Of a stretch of DNA of 64,000 nt, positions 12,497 through 23,872 are shown in pieces. Within the stretch, counting starts at the first letter, position 1, and the number at the start of each line of letters is the position of its first letter. The notes under the pieces were generated by a model. It was not told where the DNA came from, did no database searches, and saw nothing but the letters and a program-made list of their open reading frames with translations. The position numbers and the translations under genes were made by a program. The stretch comes from Tubiluchus corallicola (taxonomy: Eukaryota > Animalia > Priapulida): NCBI GenBank assembly GCA_030141605.1, contig JAQGDQ010000113.1, positions 62,001 through 126,000 on the forward strand. Reading direction: 5' to 3'.

Positions 12497-12668
12497 CAAA
12501 GAAACAACAGCAAAAGACTACAGTGTAGGCAATGATGAACGCAGCCCTGGTGGCAGGTTTCTCAATTTCCATTGTCTCTTCTGTCCGATTTCCAAAACTA
12601 CTGTATTCATCGTAAGCGTAATCGTAGTCGTAGGCATAATCATAATCGTAGTAAGTGTTTTCTTCCAT
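12497..12668 (-). CDS. TrissinR: Trissin receptor-like GPCR, coding exon 1 (N-terminus and TM1)
   Basis: ATG at 12668 reads MEENTYYDY...AYTVVFCCCFF. Phase-1 donor TTTG|GTAAGA at 12497/12496 joins in frame to exon 2, giving FCCCFFGNLLV. Total CDS is 1380 nt (459 aa). N-glycosylation sequon NRT. Confidence 0.9.
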
Positions 12669-12695
12669 GATTCTGTGCTTGGAAAATAAGCTATT

Positions 12696-12716
12696 CTGAA
12701 AAGACGAAATAAAACA
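12696..12716 (-). promoter_or_regulatory. Splice acceptor upstream of the GPCR start codon (implies a non-coding 5' exon further upstream)
   Basis: Minus strand reads TGTTTTATTTCGTCTTTTCAG|AATAGC, 27 nt before the ATG. Confidence 0.65.
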
Positions 12717-14476
12717 ATGCGATTAGAAGATTATATTTTAGTGGTCTAATTCTGAAATGTCGCTGCTCACGTACGTTCTGGAAAATTCGCCGAAATCACA
12801 AATTCATATGATGCTTTTATTGGATTATGGTCACTAGATTATAGTCAGAAAGTATATATTATATTACGGTCAGGCCAATTTTTATCGATTAGATCATCAT
12901 TTGGCCACGATGTCTGCCAATGTTTTAATTAAAGTTTAAATAAGCTGACTGAAAGCCACGCATGCGTGTCGTGCTCAATCTGTAACAAATCTGTAAGCAA
13001 AATTATATACAGGAGATTGTTCTCAATAACAGAAATCAATATAACTGACAAGCAATCCAACAATAAACGAAAAAATGAAAAAAAGAAAGCCAGTATGGAC
13101 GTGGCGAAAAAGAAAAAAGCATTAATAATCACCAAATAAAACCTTTTGGATTTTGTAATATTATACGTTCACTAAAAGCGGAGAATACCACATGCGACAA
13201 AACACAGTCACAGAAAACACAGGGTTTCACAGTAAGTAAAGACAAAAGAAAAAAAATAAGAAATATTAACAAGTTGTACATAACATGCATTCATTCTCTC
13301 TCTTTCTTTCTCTATCTCTTCCTCTGTCTCTATCTCTACCCTGTCTCTCTTTTCCACGCATTGTTGTTTAGGTCAAATTGTCCACAAAAAACTACTCGGG
13401 TCTATCCTAGACTGACCTCCTATCACGTGCTTCTCTATTACAAGCACGGCTTTTTCTATTATTGCACGCATTTCTGCCTGCCTTTGAGGAAGATAATAAG
13501 CACTGCTACCTGCTACTTGACATATCCACAAACATGTTCACACGCTCCTGTGGATTACAGATAACATATCTACTCGCTTCTGATATAAAATACTGAGTAT
13601 GGCATAACCTTTCTAAAAAAATTGCACGCCGTCGTCATGCACAATTACGTAAATTGGATAGTGACTAATCTTAGCTCACCTTTATGCCTGTGTGGTAGCC
13701 TGTCGTTTTATCTATCTGCCTATCTCACAAGCTATTTAAGTGGTCTAAAGTTAGTGTGTGATTATTTCCTTTTAATATTGTAAAAAGATTTGGTCAATAA
13801 ATGTGTCATTAGAATTACGACAAGCAAAATTGCTACATAGCTAACAATTTAATGTAAGTAACACAAAATTATAAAAAATATTTAGTTCTAGACGAGGCAC
13901 ATCACATTAGCTCTTAGTAAGTTTCGATCTTTAAATGTTTGCCTCCATAACAAATAAACTTCCAATATTGCGATTCACTGACTAGGCCTACATTAGTGTG
14001 AATTGAGCACACACCAAGGGAATTGTTTCTCTGGTTTGCGTTAACGCTGAATGAACCATGCATGATGAACAATTTGATATTGATTGTAAAACTTATAGTT
14101 ACACAGAATTCCAAAACGAAGGCAATTGTTACCAAAAGCTGAATAATTAAAGCCGCAGACATAATTAATTTTGAAATAAGACCTTCTTGATAATTATACT
14201 AACGTCTCAGATTTCAGAACTTGTTAACGACAAATCTAGGCATACAAGACTCGAAACTAAGGAAATTATACATTGAAATTGCAAATACTGATTATTTTGA
14301 TGACAAATAATGAGGCATGTTTGTCTTCAAGGTTGATTTAAAAGGCAAGTATTGTCAGTATCGTTAGTTTCATAGCAGCGAAACTTCCCCTTGCACAGTT
14401 GCGAAGGTTAATCGGATTTGGGCTGGGGTACCTTTGTACAACATAACAGATTCTGACTGAAGCGATCAGAGAACCC

Positions 14477-14518
14477 TGTTCTAATAATTAAAAAACTTGT
14501 TTTCCAATTATTAGAACA
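14477..14518. repeat. Short palindrome / mini-MITE
   Basis: TGTTCTAATAATT...AATTATTAGAACA with 13-bp perfect arms. Related termini at 25483-25564. Confidence 0.6.
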
Positions 14519-15595
14519 CAATTTTCCATTATCTCACAGAGTACATACTACTATTTTTTTCTGCTGATCCGTCTCCGACAATTTCTTTAACGTGTTATGT
14601 CCTGCCAGTCTAAGCATTCTCTTTCATTGTTTCTTTTACGCTTGACTTTGAACTATTCGTTCAAGGTCACCACTATCTCGTCACTACCTTGTTTAAACTG
14701 CAAGTGCAGAGAAATTTAACAGCTAGTTGCAGTTGTTCAGAAAGAGACGTTGGCTTCGATCTTTGATCTTGTAAGTAGTGTGGCCAAAAACTGTACAACT
14801 TTTGGAGAAAGATTTAGAACCTGCTAATATCTACCTTAACAGAGAAACCACTTAGATGATTTAGTCTCAAAATTTTTATTTACTGCTTAATGCGTGGTTA
14901 CTTGGTTGGTTGCTTGCTTGCTCATTTGTTTACTTGCTTGCTCGTCGATTGCTCACTCGCTTACTCACTCATAGCGGAATGAACTTGATAAAAAAATGTA
15001 TGTCAATTTACAAAGAGCGTATTTTGACGTAGCCAAAAAGCTGTTTATTCTTTTAAAAATCGACTTTCGCAATATTTTTCTGGTATTTGTACGAGTTCTT
15101 ATATTTTTAGCAAATGGAGAAAGAATCTTATTTAGATTAGGTTTTCAGTACTGTTTTCATATTTTTATGGGTCTGTATTCTATGGACTAGATTCTAAATA
15201 ATTCAATTATACCAAGTACCTATTGTGTTTAATCCTGGATTTTGGACTGTGAAAAGAAAAAGTATTCTGCTAGCAGAGAACCTTAGTTAAGCGATTAGGA
15301 GCATTACTTTCAGTGAATTGTATTAAACCTTGATCACCAGTGGTCAGCAATCCTAAAACTCATTTAAACAGTTGTTGTTAAACCCGTCAGAATCCTCATT
15401 TCACTCTTGTAAAGAGACCAACGTGTAATAAAATACGAAAGGGCAGAACAATACTATACAGCCTGAGTGAAGTTGCAAAACTCAAACGGAAATTGGTTTT
15501 CTCGCTAGAATTTTCAAAAACCAGTTCAAAAGGTATCATTTTATTTGAAATTACATTTGGCTGCTACTACTAGTATTTTTCTCAAGTCACAGATA

Positions 15596-16000
15596 CAGGG
15601 GCGTATCAAGACTTCACGACGCCCTAAGCTAATAGATCTGTCTCGCCCATATGTATTGTGAAATTATGATTGGTTATGTACCGAAGAGATCAAACAATTA
15701 CTTGTGGTGTATTAGTAATATTATTAACCTAGTTTCTACATGGTCATTATGTGTATATAAAATGCATTTATATGCAAACAGACTGGGCAACTGCTTGTTG
15801 GGCAGTACCTTGTACTTGTTCGTTATATGGCATTTACATAGCAACTGGTCTAAGTAGCTGCTTGTGGTGTGTTATGAACGGATACACATTTTCCGAGGGA
15901 ATAAGAATTTTTTTTAAAATTGAACGCCAAAATGTGGCGTCCCTCAAACTTTGGCGCCCTAGGCTATAGCCTATTTAGCCTATTGGTTAATACGTCCCTG
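15596..16000. mobile_element. Non-autonomous hAT-type element (MITE)
   Basis: Termini CAGGGGCGTAT...ATACGTCCCTG. Flanking 8-mers CACAGATA/TACAGATA (7/8-identical TSD). Subterminal GCCCTA(A/G)GCTA repeats. Confidence 0.8.
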
Positions 16001-17869
16001 TACAGATATACAACCAAAATTAACGCATGAAAATTAATAAAATAATGTTTCTGACAGGTGGATAAGAGCATCTACATTTGAATCATAGAAAGCATAGATG
16101 TTTAAACAAACTACGCAACAACAAAAATGAGGCCATTTAATTATATAAAATCGCTCCTTTTTTTACTGTTGTGGCAATTCTGCATAATTAATCTAAATAT
16201 CTGTGCTTACTTTTGCATATCTGTAGTACGTGAATACGCTTCTGTAGTTGGTGTTGTCTGATTATGTGTTGCTGATTTGTTTATGCTCTTTATAGTCTAT
16301 ATTTAATTATAATTTACTCACCCGACTTAAATATTAGTTCAACACGTTTCATTTGTATATTTTAGTTGCCTATTTTTCTTTATTATTAATAATTACATTA
16401 CTTAAGGTGAGTATGTTTTCAGTGACTGTTGTTGTAACAAGTTTATTTTCGCCTAAAATTAAGATTCCCTAATGATCGATTTCACTTTGGAAAATGAAAA
16501 AATGCACAACATGCAGTAAAAATTTTCAATCTTACCAATTACTGCGCGTTATTATTGGATTTTTTCCTACGACATCAATAAAAGGGAAACCATAAAAATG
16601 TTCAACCATTGTACTGTAACACAATTCGAGCTGGGATACAGTATTAAGATTATGCTTGCTTAATCTGGTAATTGGGGTAGGACTGGAATTCATTTCACTA
16701 CTAGGAATTACTCTCTAAAATAAGATGCCGGACCGCCAAGGTAACGTTTGGATGTGTAGCTCTTCTTTTTTCCAATAGCTGGCAGCACAATTCTTGTACA
16801 GTATACTATGTGAAAGTGTTACCGGAGCGAGCTCATGTTGCCATTGCTCAAATATGTAAAAAATATTTATCGAGCAAAACTGGTTTTCAATTTCCAGATA
16901 TTATTCAGATCTTTTCATTTTCGACGGTACTTCGGCTCTTCTTTTGCTTATGTGATGCTTAATATGACAATGATAAAGACATGACGCACTGTCACACTGT
17001 CTTCAAACTAGGTTATGGAGTATATATCGCAGCATGGACAACTCATTAGTAACTAATAGATAGATAAAATCTCCCATAATGGTTACGTCCGGCAGCCGCC
17101 ATTTTCAGGATTTCCGATTGCTAGTTTGATGAAGGAATTTCGTCTTGATGGCTTCCTTGAAAATGTGGGGAGTTGGCTTAAGCTTATCTTGTTTATACGC
17201 AATATTTATGTTTTTGTTTATGTTTTTAGTTATGATTTATCTTTAAGAACAATTACATTTACCTGTCTTGGCTCAGTAAGGTGTGGCGAACTTTGTAATT
17301 ATCAAATTTCTCTTTTTTCTTACAATTTCGAAGACCGCCTATATTGTTTTTATTTATTATGTATTGTCATGTTACTGCTCTCATTTGAGTGCGTGGTTTT
17401 ATATCGAAAGTTGTATATTTGAAATTTATTTAAAGGTAATCTTAACTAGTCAAATACTAGATTTTATACTTAGCATACTTAGCTAGCCTTATAGGCCAAA
17501 CATCATGTTGCAGTATTATATTAACAAAAGCCGTGAACCACTCCGTTACGTCTTATTTCACTGGATTCTCTTTTTTGTAAGATTATTCACGGTCTCTTCT
17601 AGTGCTATTGTCACACGCCTCCATAAATTTTCTTCAGAGAGGCCAGAAACTTTTCATAATCAATTAATGCATTGCGCATTGTCATTAGTGCATAACACCG
17701 CCAGGAGTTATAGCCTATCATGTAAGCTATTTGGCAAATATAGCTATATACATTCTGTTTTTGATGCGTTAAGAACAATGTCATTCTGATGAGCAAACAT
17801 TTGACAGCAAGTCAGAAAATCATGCAGAGCAGGTACAGAAGGTCATTAGCATACAGCAAGTGATAATAT

Positions 17870-18255
17870 TGTACTGCAGGGCTGTGATGGGGTAGTGTAA
17901 TACTGGCAGGAGAATACAGCAGACTTCTCAGGTGTGCGTGTGAACGTGGCTTTAACTAGCACATAGACTCTTATTCTGACCTTGTGTTAGTGGGAGCCAC
18001 TAGTCACGTGCACACCTGAGCTTATAAAAAGGGTAGGTCTGCTGTAGATCCTTGTCAGTGGTCAGTGGTCGTCTCATCTCATCTCAGCTCTGTTCGCACT
18101 TCAGGCTTTGCTCCATTCGGTAAGCTATTTGAAACTTTTTGTTTTGGTAATAAATCGTCATTTTTATTTTATTCATTTTGGTTTTTGAGACATGCCGCAC
18201 AGTGTAGGCCGCGGTGCTATCCGTTCTGCCTCCACTAAAAGCGGAGAGCAGTCCA
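17870..18255 (+). repeat. 5' LTR (386 bp)
   Basis: TGTACTGC...GCAGTCCA. TATAAAA at 18023, TCAGT initiator-like motifs from 18055, AATAAA at 18149. Confidence 0.95.
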
Positions 18256-18256
18256 C

Positions 18257-18277
18257 TGGTGTCAGAACAAGTGGGAT
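18257..18277 (+). promoter_or_regulatory. Primer binding site complementary to the tRNA-Leu 3' end
   Basis: TGGTGTCAGAA(CAA)GTGGGAT, 1 nt after the LTR. The canonical tRNA-Leu(CAA) complement is TGGTGTCAGAAGTGGGAT. Confidence 0.8.
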
Positions 18278-19443
18278 GTTACCCTCATCTGGGCATTCCG
18301 ATTATTGTACTGTGGTTGATGTTGACTTAGAACGGTTACAACACCGTCAGCTTGCCGATTTTCTATTAGAACAGAGTGTGTATTCTTCTAATGGTCAAGA
18401 ATTAAGGGGCACTGCCTTAGATTCTTCGGAACATTGCTATAGTTTTGGTGTTAGTTGTACTAATAATGAGGATGTATTGTCGATCTGTGCTTGTAATACA
18501 ACTAATCCTTTTGTTACTTGCCCTGTGCATAACCTTTGTACTGAAAAGCATGCAGCGAAGCCACCTGAATGTTCAAGTAGGCAAAGCCAAGGTCAGCTAC
18601 CTTTGCTACCTGCTATTTCACAACATTCCGCTTCCCAGCCTAGCGCGAGTACTTGGGGCATGTCTAATATTGATTTTCTTTCAGGGCACGCGGCTAGCGA
18701 TCCAAATGCAGCATTGGGTACGCGAGTTAGTCCAAGTAATCAAAATTTTGGGCAAAATTTCGCGTCAAATTCCAGAACTACTTAATTCCTCCATGCCAGC
18801 CTTAACCCCTATTCGTGATCCACTTTCCCTTCCCCATGACAATTCATCCAACGGTGATGTACGGCTTTCATTGCCCATCTTCTCTCCGCCTATACCAAAA
18901 CCACGAACATCCACACCCAAAAGAGTTGATTTTCCCGGCTCAACCACTCTTAATTTACTTGACACAGTCGACTCTCCTGAATTTATTTCGGACGAATCAA
19001 CTCGACAACTCATTAACGAATGGCTTCCTGGTAGCTCCAGTTCAGCAATTGCTGAGGACTCCTCTGAAAAGGCCGGCGATAGTGTACGCACGCCTCTTTC
19101 GGGCGAGCAGTCTACCCAGGTGAACCATTCTAGGAGCAATGTTGAGTGTAATATTGAGATAAACAATAGAAAAGCTGTTGATAGACAACCCAAATCGTTT
19201 CAATCCGATCATAATGTAACCTCACAACCTACGTTACCGGATCCTGTTCTCTCTCCAACTTCTATTAATCCTGTTCTCGTATCAAGCGAGACCCATTCTA
19301 GCACACCACTAACCTTTTTGGAAGCCAATGCAGCCGTTGACGTCCAGTTGCCGTCCAGTCCTCCCCGACCTTACCCCCGCAGGTCAAAACAACCTACAAC
19401 CCACTATGGAAACTTCATCTATGAAGACCCTACTGCACATTGA
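18276..19443 (+). pseudogene. Internal ORF remnant: gag-like leader joined via a frame change to a Ser/Pro-rich integrase-tail-like segment
   Basis: ATG directly at the PBS end (MLPSSGHSDYC..., Cys-rich CAC..CPVH). An overlapping frame ends PPRPYPRRSKQPTTHYGNFIY, resembling the PRRS.R...P..Y tail of Gypsy Pol. Confidence 0.5.
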
Positions 19444-21209
19444 ATACGCAATCCGAGACTTGAGAAATGAAATGCTAGAAGAGTTTTTTCATCTTAACTC
19501 TCACTTTACAAGCAGGAAAATGTTCGAGTTTAGATGCACTCATAGAATTACTTACGCGAAACATTTTCGTAATTCCAGCAACTATTCTATGTGACACAAC
19601 CAAATTAGCACTTAAGAATGGAGTTGCATCTACCTACACATGTCAAATACCTGACTAGATGCTTGTTTATCTCGAATTATGTAATTTACTTAATAAGCAT
19701 GTTTCAAAATGTAAAAATTTTGTTTATGAACCAAGAATTGAACATATTTCCTTGGCTGTATATTGATTACCTCATGTCATCATTATTGTTGTCGTATTTT
19801 GTGAAAAATGGAATTTTCACTCTTCTTTAAGGAGCGGAGGAGAGGCGAATATATTAGTTTTTGTTCTATGTTTTCAAGTGGCCGTATTGGAAATCAACTG
19901 TGTATTCTTTACTTAAATTTTAAAAAAAATAATTGTTCTGTAAATAGTTATTGCAAATTGTCATTTGTTCTAGCATTAATCTCGAGAGATAAATGGCAGA
20001 ACGAACATTTTATTTTTGCTAAACAATTACTGTTTGTTTAGACTGTTTCGGCTAAGATGTACGAGTAGATAGTCGTGATCGAAATTCTCAATTTCGTTGT
20101 CTTAAGTCAACCGATTCCAGTTGATGACTAGTTCTAATTAGTCTTTTTCGATAGTTGACGTTTTGTTGTTGTTGCTTTCGTTCTCCGAGGTCCTATTTCT
20201 AGCTTCGCGACAAAGCCTTGTCCGTTGGCTACCATGTGAACAGAGCGACTTTGACCACTGATCAGCCCTCGGTTGCGTAAGTTAATCGAACAAGGTAAGG
20301 TGTTAAAATTTCTTTTTAGAAGTTAAGTTGTCAGCATTGTTGTTGCTTATTAAAGATGTTGATTTATTTAAAGATAAAGTGGCATATAACTTTTTTGTTT
20401 TTGTTTCCCACTATGAATATAGTTGGTGCAAGCAGATTTACTACCTTTTTTCTGTTGTACAGCACAGCTATTTTGGAAATTTATGGAGAATCGACGTTTT
20501 TCACCATAGGAGCCAATACTTAAGCTCAGTAAATCTTATGCTGGGTCTGCAGTGGAAATTCACTTGAACTAACTGTATGCTTGACATGAGTACTAGCGTT
20601 CATCTTTTCCAGGCAAGCTCTACCAACCCAGGTGTTACATCCGTGGTATCGGATGCGTTGTTGCTTGACTAAGGGCTAGTCCACACCTCACACCTTACTT
20701 GCATTTGCGTATCGAGACATAATTGGTACTGGTGAATCATTAAGAATTGCAGATCGTGCGGATTATTTACGCTACGTTACGTTTATTTACGGATAGCGGA
20801 TATCTGATTACATTTATTTCGTTCATTTTTGCATTCTTACGTAGACATACTTAGGCATATTTAGCTGGAAGTTTTCTAAGTCGACACGCCGTTATATAAA
20901 AATTGTTGTTACTAGAAATGTAATGTTTAACTTTAATTTATTCATACAAGAAATCTGACATTGTTTTCATCTTTTAATTTGCAATTCGGTAGGCGTTATG
21001 CACTAGCTCATGTTGTTTTGTAGAATTGCCAGTCTTTGCAAAATATTTCTGTGATTCTATTTGATTAATGGAAGGAAAAACTTTTTGTATTGTTGTTTAG
21101 CAGTGCTCGAACTTGCTTTCTCGTCTGTGTGGGTAGCTGTTCTTCTCCCTCCCGATGGAAGACTAGATCTTCAAAGAAGGGACTTCTTTGTCTGGAGGAA
21201 GGGGGACAG

Positions 21210-21602
21210 TGTACTGCAGGGCTGTGATGGGGTAGTGTAATACTGGCAGGAGAATACAGCAGACTTCTCAGGTGTGCGTGTGAACGTGGCTTTAACTAGC
21301 ACATAGACTCTTATTCTGACCTTGTGTTAGTGGGAGCCACTAGTCACGTGCACACCTGAGCTTATAAAAAGGGTAGGTCTGCTGTAGATCCTTGTCAGTG
21401 GTCAGTGGTCAGTGGTCGTCTCATCTCATCTCAGCTCTGTTCGCACTTCAGGCTTTGCTGCATTCGGTAAGCTATTTGAAACTTTTTGTTTTGGTAATAA
21501 ATCGTCATTTTTATTTTATTCATTTTGGTTTTTGAGACATGCCGCACAGTGTAGGCCGCGGTGCTATCCGTTCTGCCTCCTCTAAAAGCGGAGAGCAGTC
21601 CA
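21210..21602 (+). repeat. 3' LTR (393 bp)
   Basis: Differs from the 5' LTR by one extra GTCAGTG unit and two substitutions, by eye. Confidence 0.95.
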
Positions 21603-22813
21603 ATATTACCAAGACGACAAGCAGCATTAGTTTTCAGAGTCAGATTTTTTTGATAAATCAATTGCCTATAAAAGAACAGCAGAGGAGACAATACGCCACC
21701 CTGACTAACACCATAGCTAATGTTAAATTAATTGGAAACAGTTTGCTCCAACGTATTCTAGTGCGTCGAGAGGAGAACCAACATTTTAATAAGCCAATGA
21801 TGCCAGCGAGCCATTTTAATCAATGGCTCACCTCAGTTATTATATTATACCTAACCAGCGGCGTGTCGCACAGTTAACTAAATTAAATGAAAATTAACCA
21901 ATAAAAATAGCTTGAGCTGTTATACAGTGGTTGTTTAGAAAAACTGCATAACAACTCTTAAGCTGCAAAATTACTGCATATCTTGTGTTTTAACCAATCA
22001 GAAATGCTTTCCTGATATCCCCTTGCAACAGAAATTTTGTCAATTCTAGCTATCTATCTACGTTCAGTTGAACGTAGTGCTGGGAGTTTAGTGGGCCTAA
22101 CTTTGGGTAGCTTGTCTAGCGACATCTACCGCACGGTAATGTTACCGTGCCATGCCGATATCGGCATTACTGAGATTCGCATCAACTCCTTTCAGTGCTA
22201 AATTCTGAAAGTTCTCCTTGATGATTACAGATTTCGCTAAGTAAGTTTATCAGTTTAATGAATTGAACGAGGCCATTATAATATACACTCGTATAAGTGC
22301 ATGACACTATGACTGGTTTTGTAAATCAGCTGAATGAACCTCACAGCTAAAGTCATAGTGCTTATAATGGTACTGACATAAAGCTTTAAGAGACCAACCA
22401 GAATATAGCTCTGTGATGAAAGATGCGTGTGTATTCGTCAATAAAGAGCTACATTAATTAGTTCGATACGTGCGTTACGTGACAGTGCAGAGAGCTGGTG
22501 AGGGTTAGGTTTCCAAGAGAAGCTAAAAAAGACACATAGTCTGCATTAATACTCCGAGTGGCTCACTTGCCAACAATTAGCTTCTTGCCCCCTCAGTGTC
22601 TGCCTGAAAGGCATTTTAGCAGGTGTAACGTGAATAGTTTAGTGACCACGGAGTGTGCCTCGAATCGAAGTTTGACAACACTAAGCTAGGTTAGTAAATT
22701 GTTGGATGGTCGCGAGGAAAGACGGCTCTGAGGGGCTTCTTCTATTGACTACTGTTATTAAAGCTTTGATTCATCTGGTTGCATTATCTTTATTTACTTA
22801 ATCTAACTTAGCC

Positions 22814-22962
22814 ACAGCAACAGCAGAAGTAGCAGCAGCAGCAGTAGTCAAAGCGAGAGCAGCAGAAGCAGAAGTACAAAAAGTAGCAGCAGTAGAAGCA
22901 GGAGCTGCAAAAGCATTAGTAGCAGCAGCAGCAGGAGAAGAAGAAGAGGAAGAGGAAAAAAG
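22814..22962. repeat. Degenerate (CAG/AAG)n microsatellite
   Basis: Visible AGC/AGA triplet run. Confidence 0.8.
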
Positions 22963-23669
22963 AACCTCTAGCTTTCAATGTTTTTACGCAAAATAACATC
23001 AGCAATGACGTTTCATTGGTCTACAATCAACTAAAAATCAATATACAAAATGACCGTCGATATAAATTTTGTCATTGTCATTGACAATGTGCTGGACCGA
23101 CCTCGTGCTCATGTTTCTCAACGAACTTAAACCCCCACACACACATTATAAGCGGGAATTAGCCATTTGCAATGGTTGTTTAAAAACAATTAAACATAGT
23201 AGGTAACGTACACGTGTCAACCAGCACTACTCAGCTGTATTCGTCCAGTGCCATTATCCTCGCTGTAAAAACCATCTAAATAATTTACGAGACACAAAGT
23301 TGCAATTCAACTTGTCACCATGAGATGTTATAAACCCGAGGACAGTGAAACGCTTAAAAGGGTTGTTGAAGGTTACGTTCTGGTAAACTACACGATGAAA
23401 TATTAAAATGTTCATCTCTTAATAGCTGTTTAGCAGCTTTTAAAGGTTGGAGAGGGTTGACGGGGTTAATAGCAACTGCCTGCGGAGATAGTCTTTTTAA
23501 TGTTTTATGTACCTTGTGTCGTTTTAAATATTCATCTATATAGCTTTAATTCGTGTTTGATAGAAAATTTGGCCAAAGCGAAGAAAGTGACTAGGCTTCA
23601 AAGCAGAAAACCTGTATGTGCAGTTTTGCTGGCGGTCACTCATTCAGTTATTGGTAAACACACGCCGTT

Positions 23670-23872
23670 ACCATTCAGCTTTTCCACTCGACCCACTCAG
23701 CCTTTCCCTCGACTCATTGGTTTTTCCCCTCGACCAACTCAGCTTTCCGCTCAACCCACTCAGTTTCTCCACTCAACACATTCAGCTTCCCCTCAACCCA
23801 CTCATCCCACTTTGCCATCAACTCGACCCACTGAGTTTTTCTACTCAATCCATTCATTTGTCCCTTCGACAT
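23670..23872. repeat. Minisatellite, ~21-bp unit CCCACTCAGCTTTCCCCTCGA-like
   Basis: About 9-10 degenerate tandem copies. Confidence 0.85.

Larger units (their letters stand above)
17870..21602 (+). mobile_element. Young non-autonomous Gypsy-type LTR retrotransposon (no RT, RNase H or integrase core)
   Basis: Two near-identical TG...CA LTRs. 4-bp TSD ATAT (17866-17869 and 21603-21606). PBS after the 5' LTR and PPT GGAGGAAGGGGGACAG before the 3' LTR. The 2954-bp interior has no pol motifs. Confidence 0.95.

Noticed and set aside
17870-18255. Retrozyme (non-autonomous LTR element with a hammerhead in the LTR)
   Set aside because: LTR size, 4-bp TSD and lack of pol fit, but I found no CTGANGA...GAAA core in the LTR. 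The CTGATGAG at ~17787 lies outside the element and lacks a proper stem II/GAAA.
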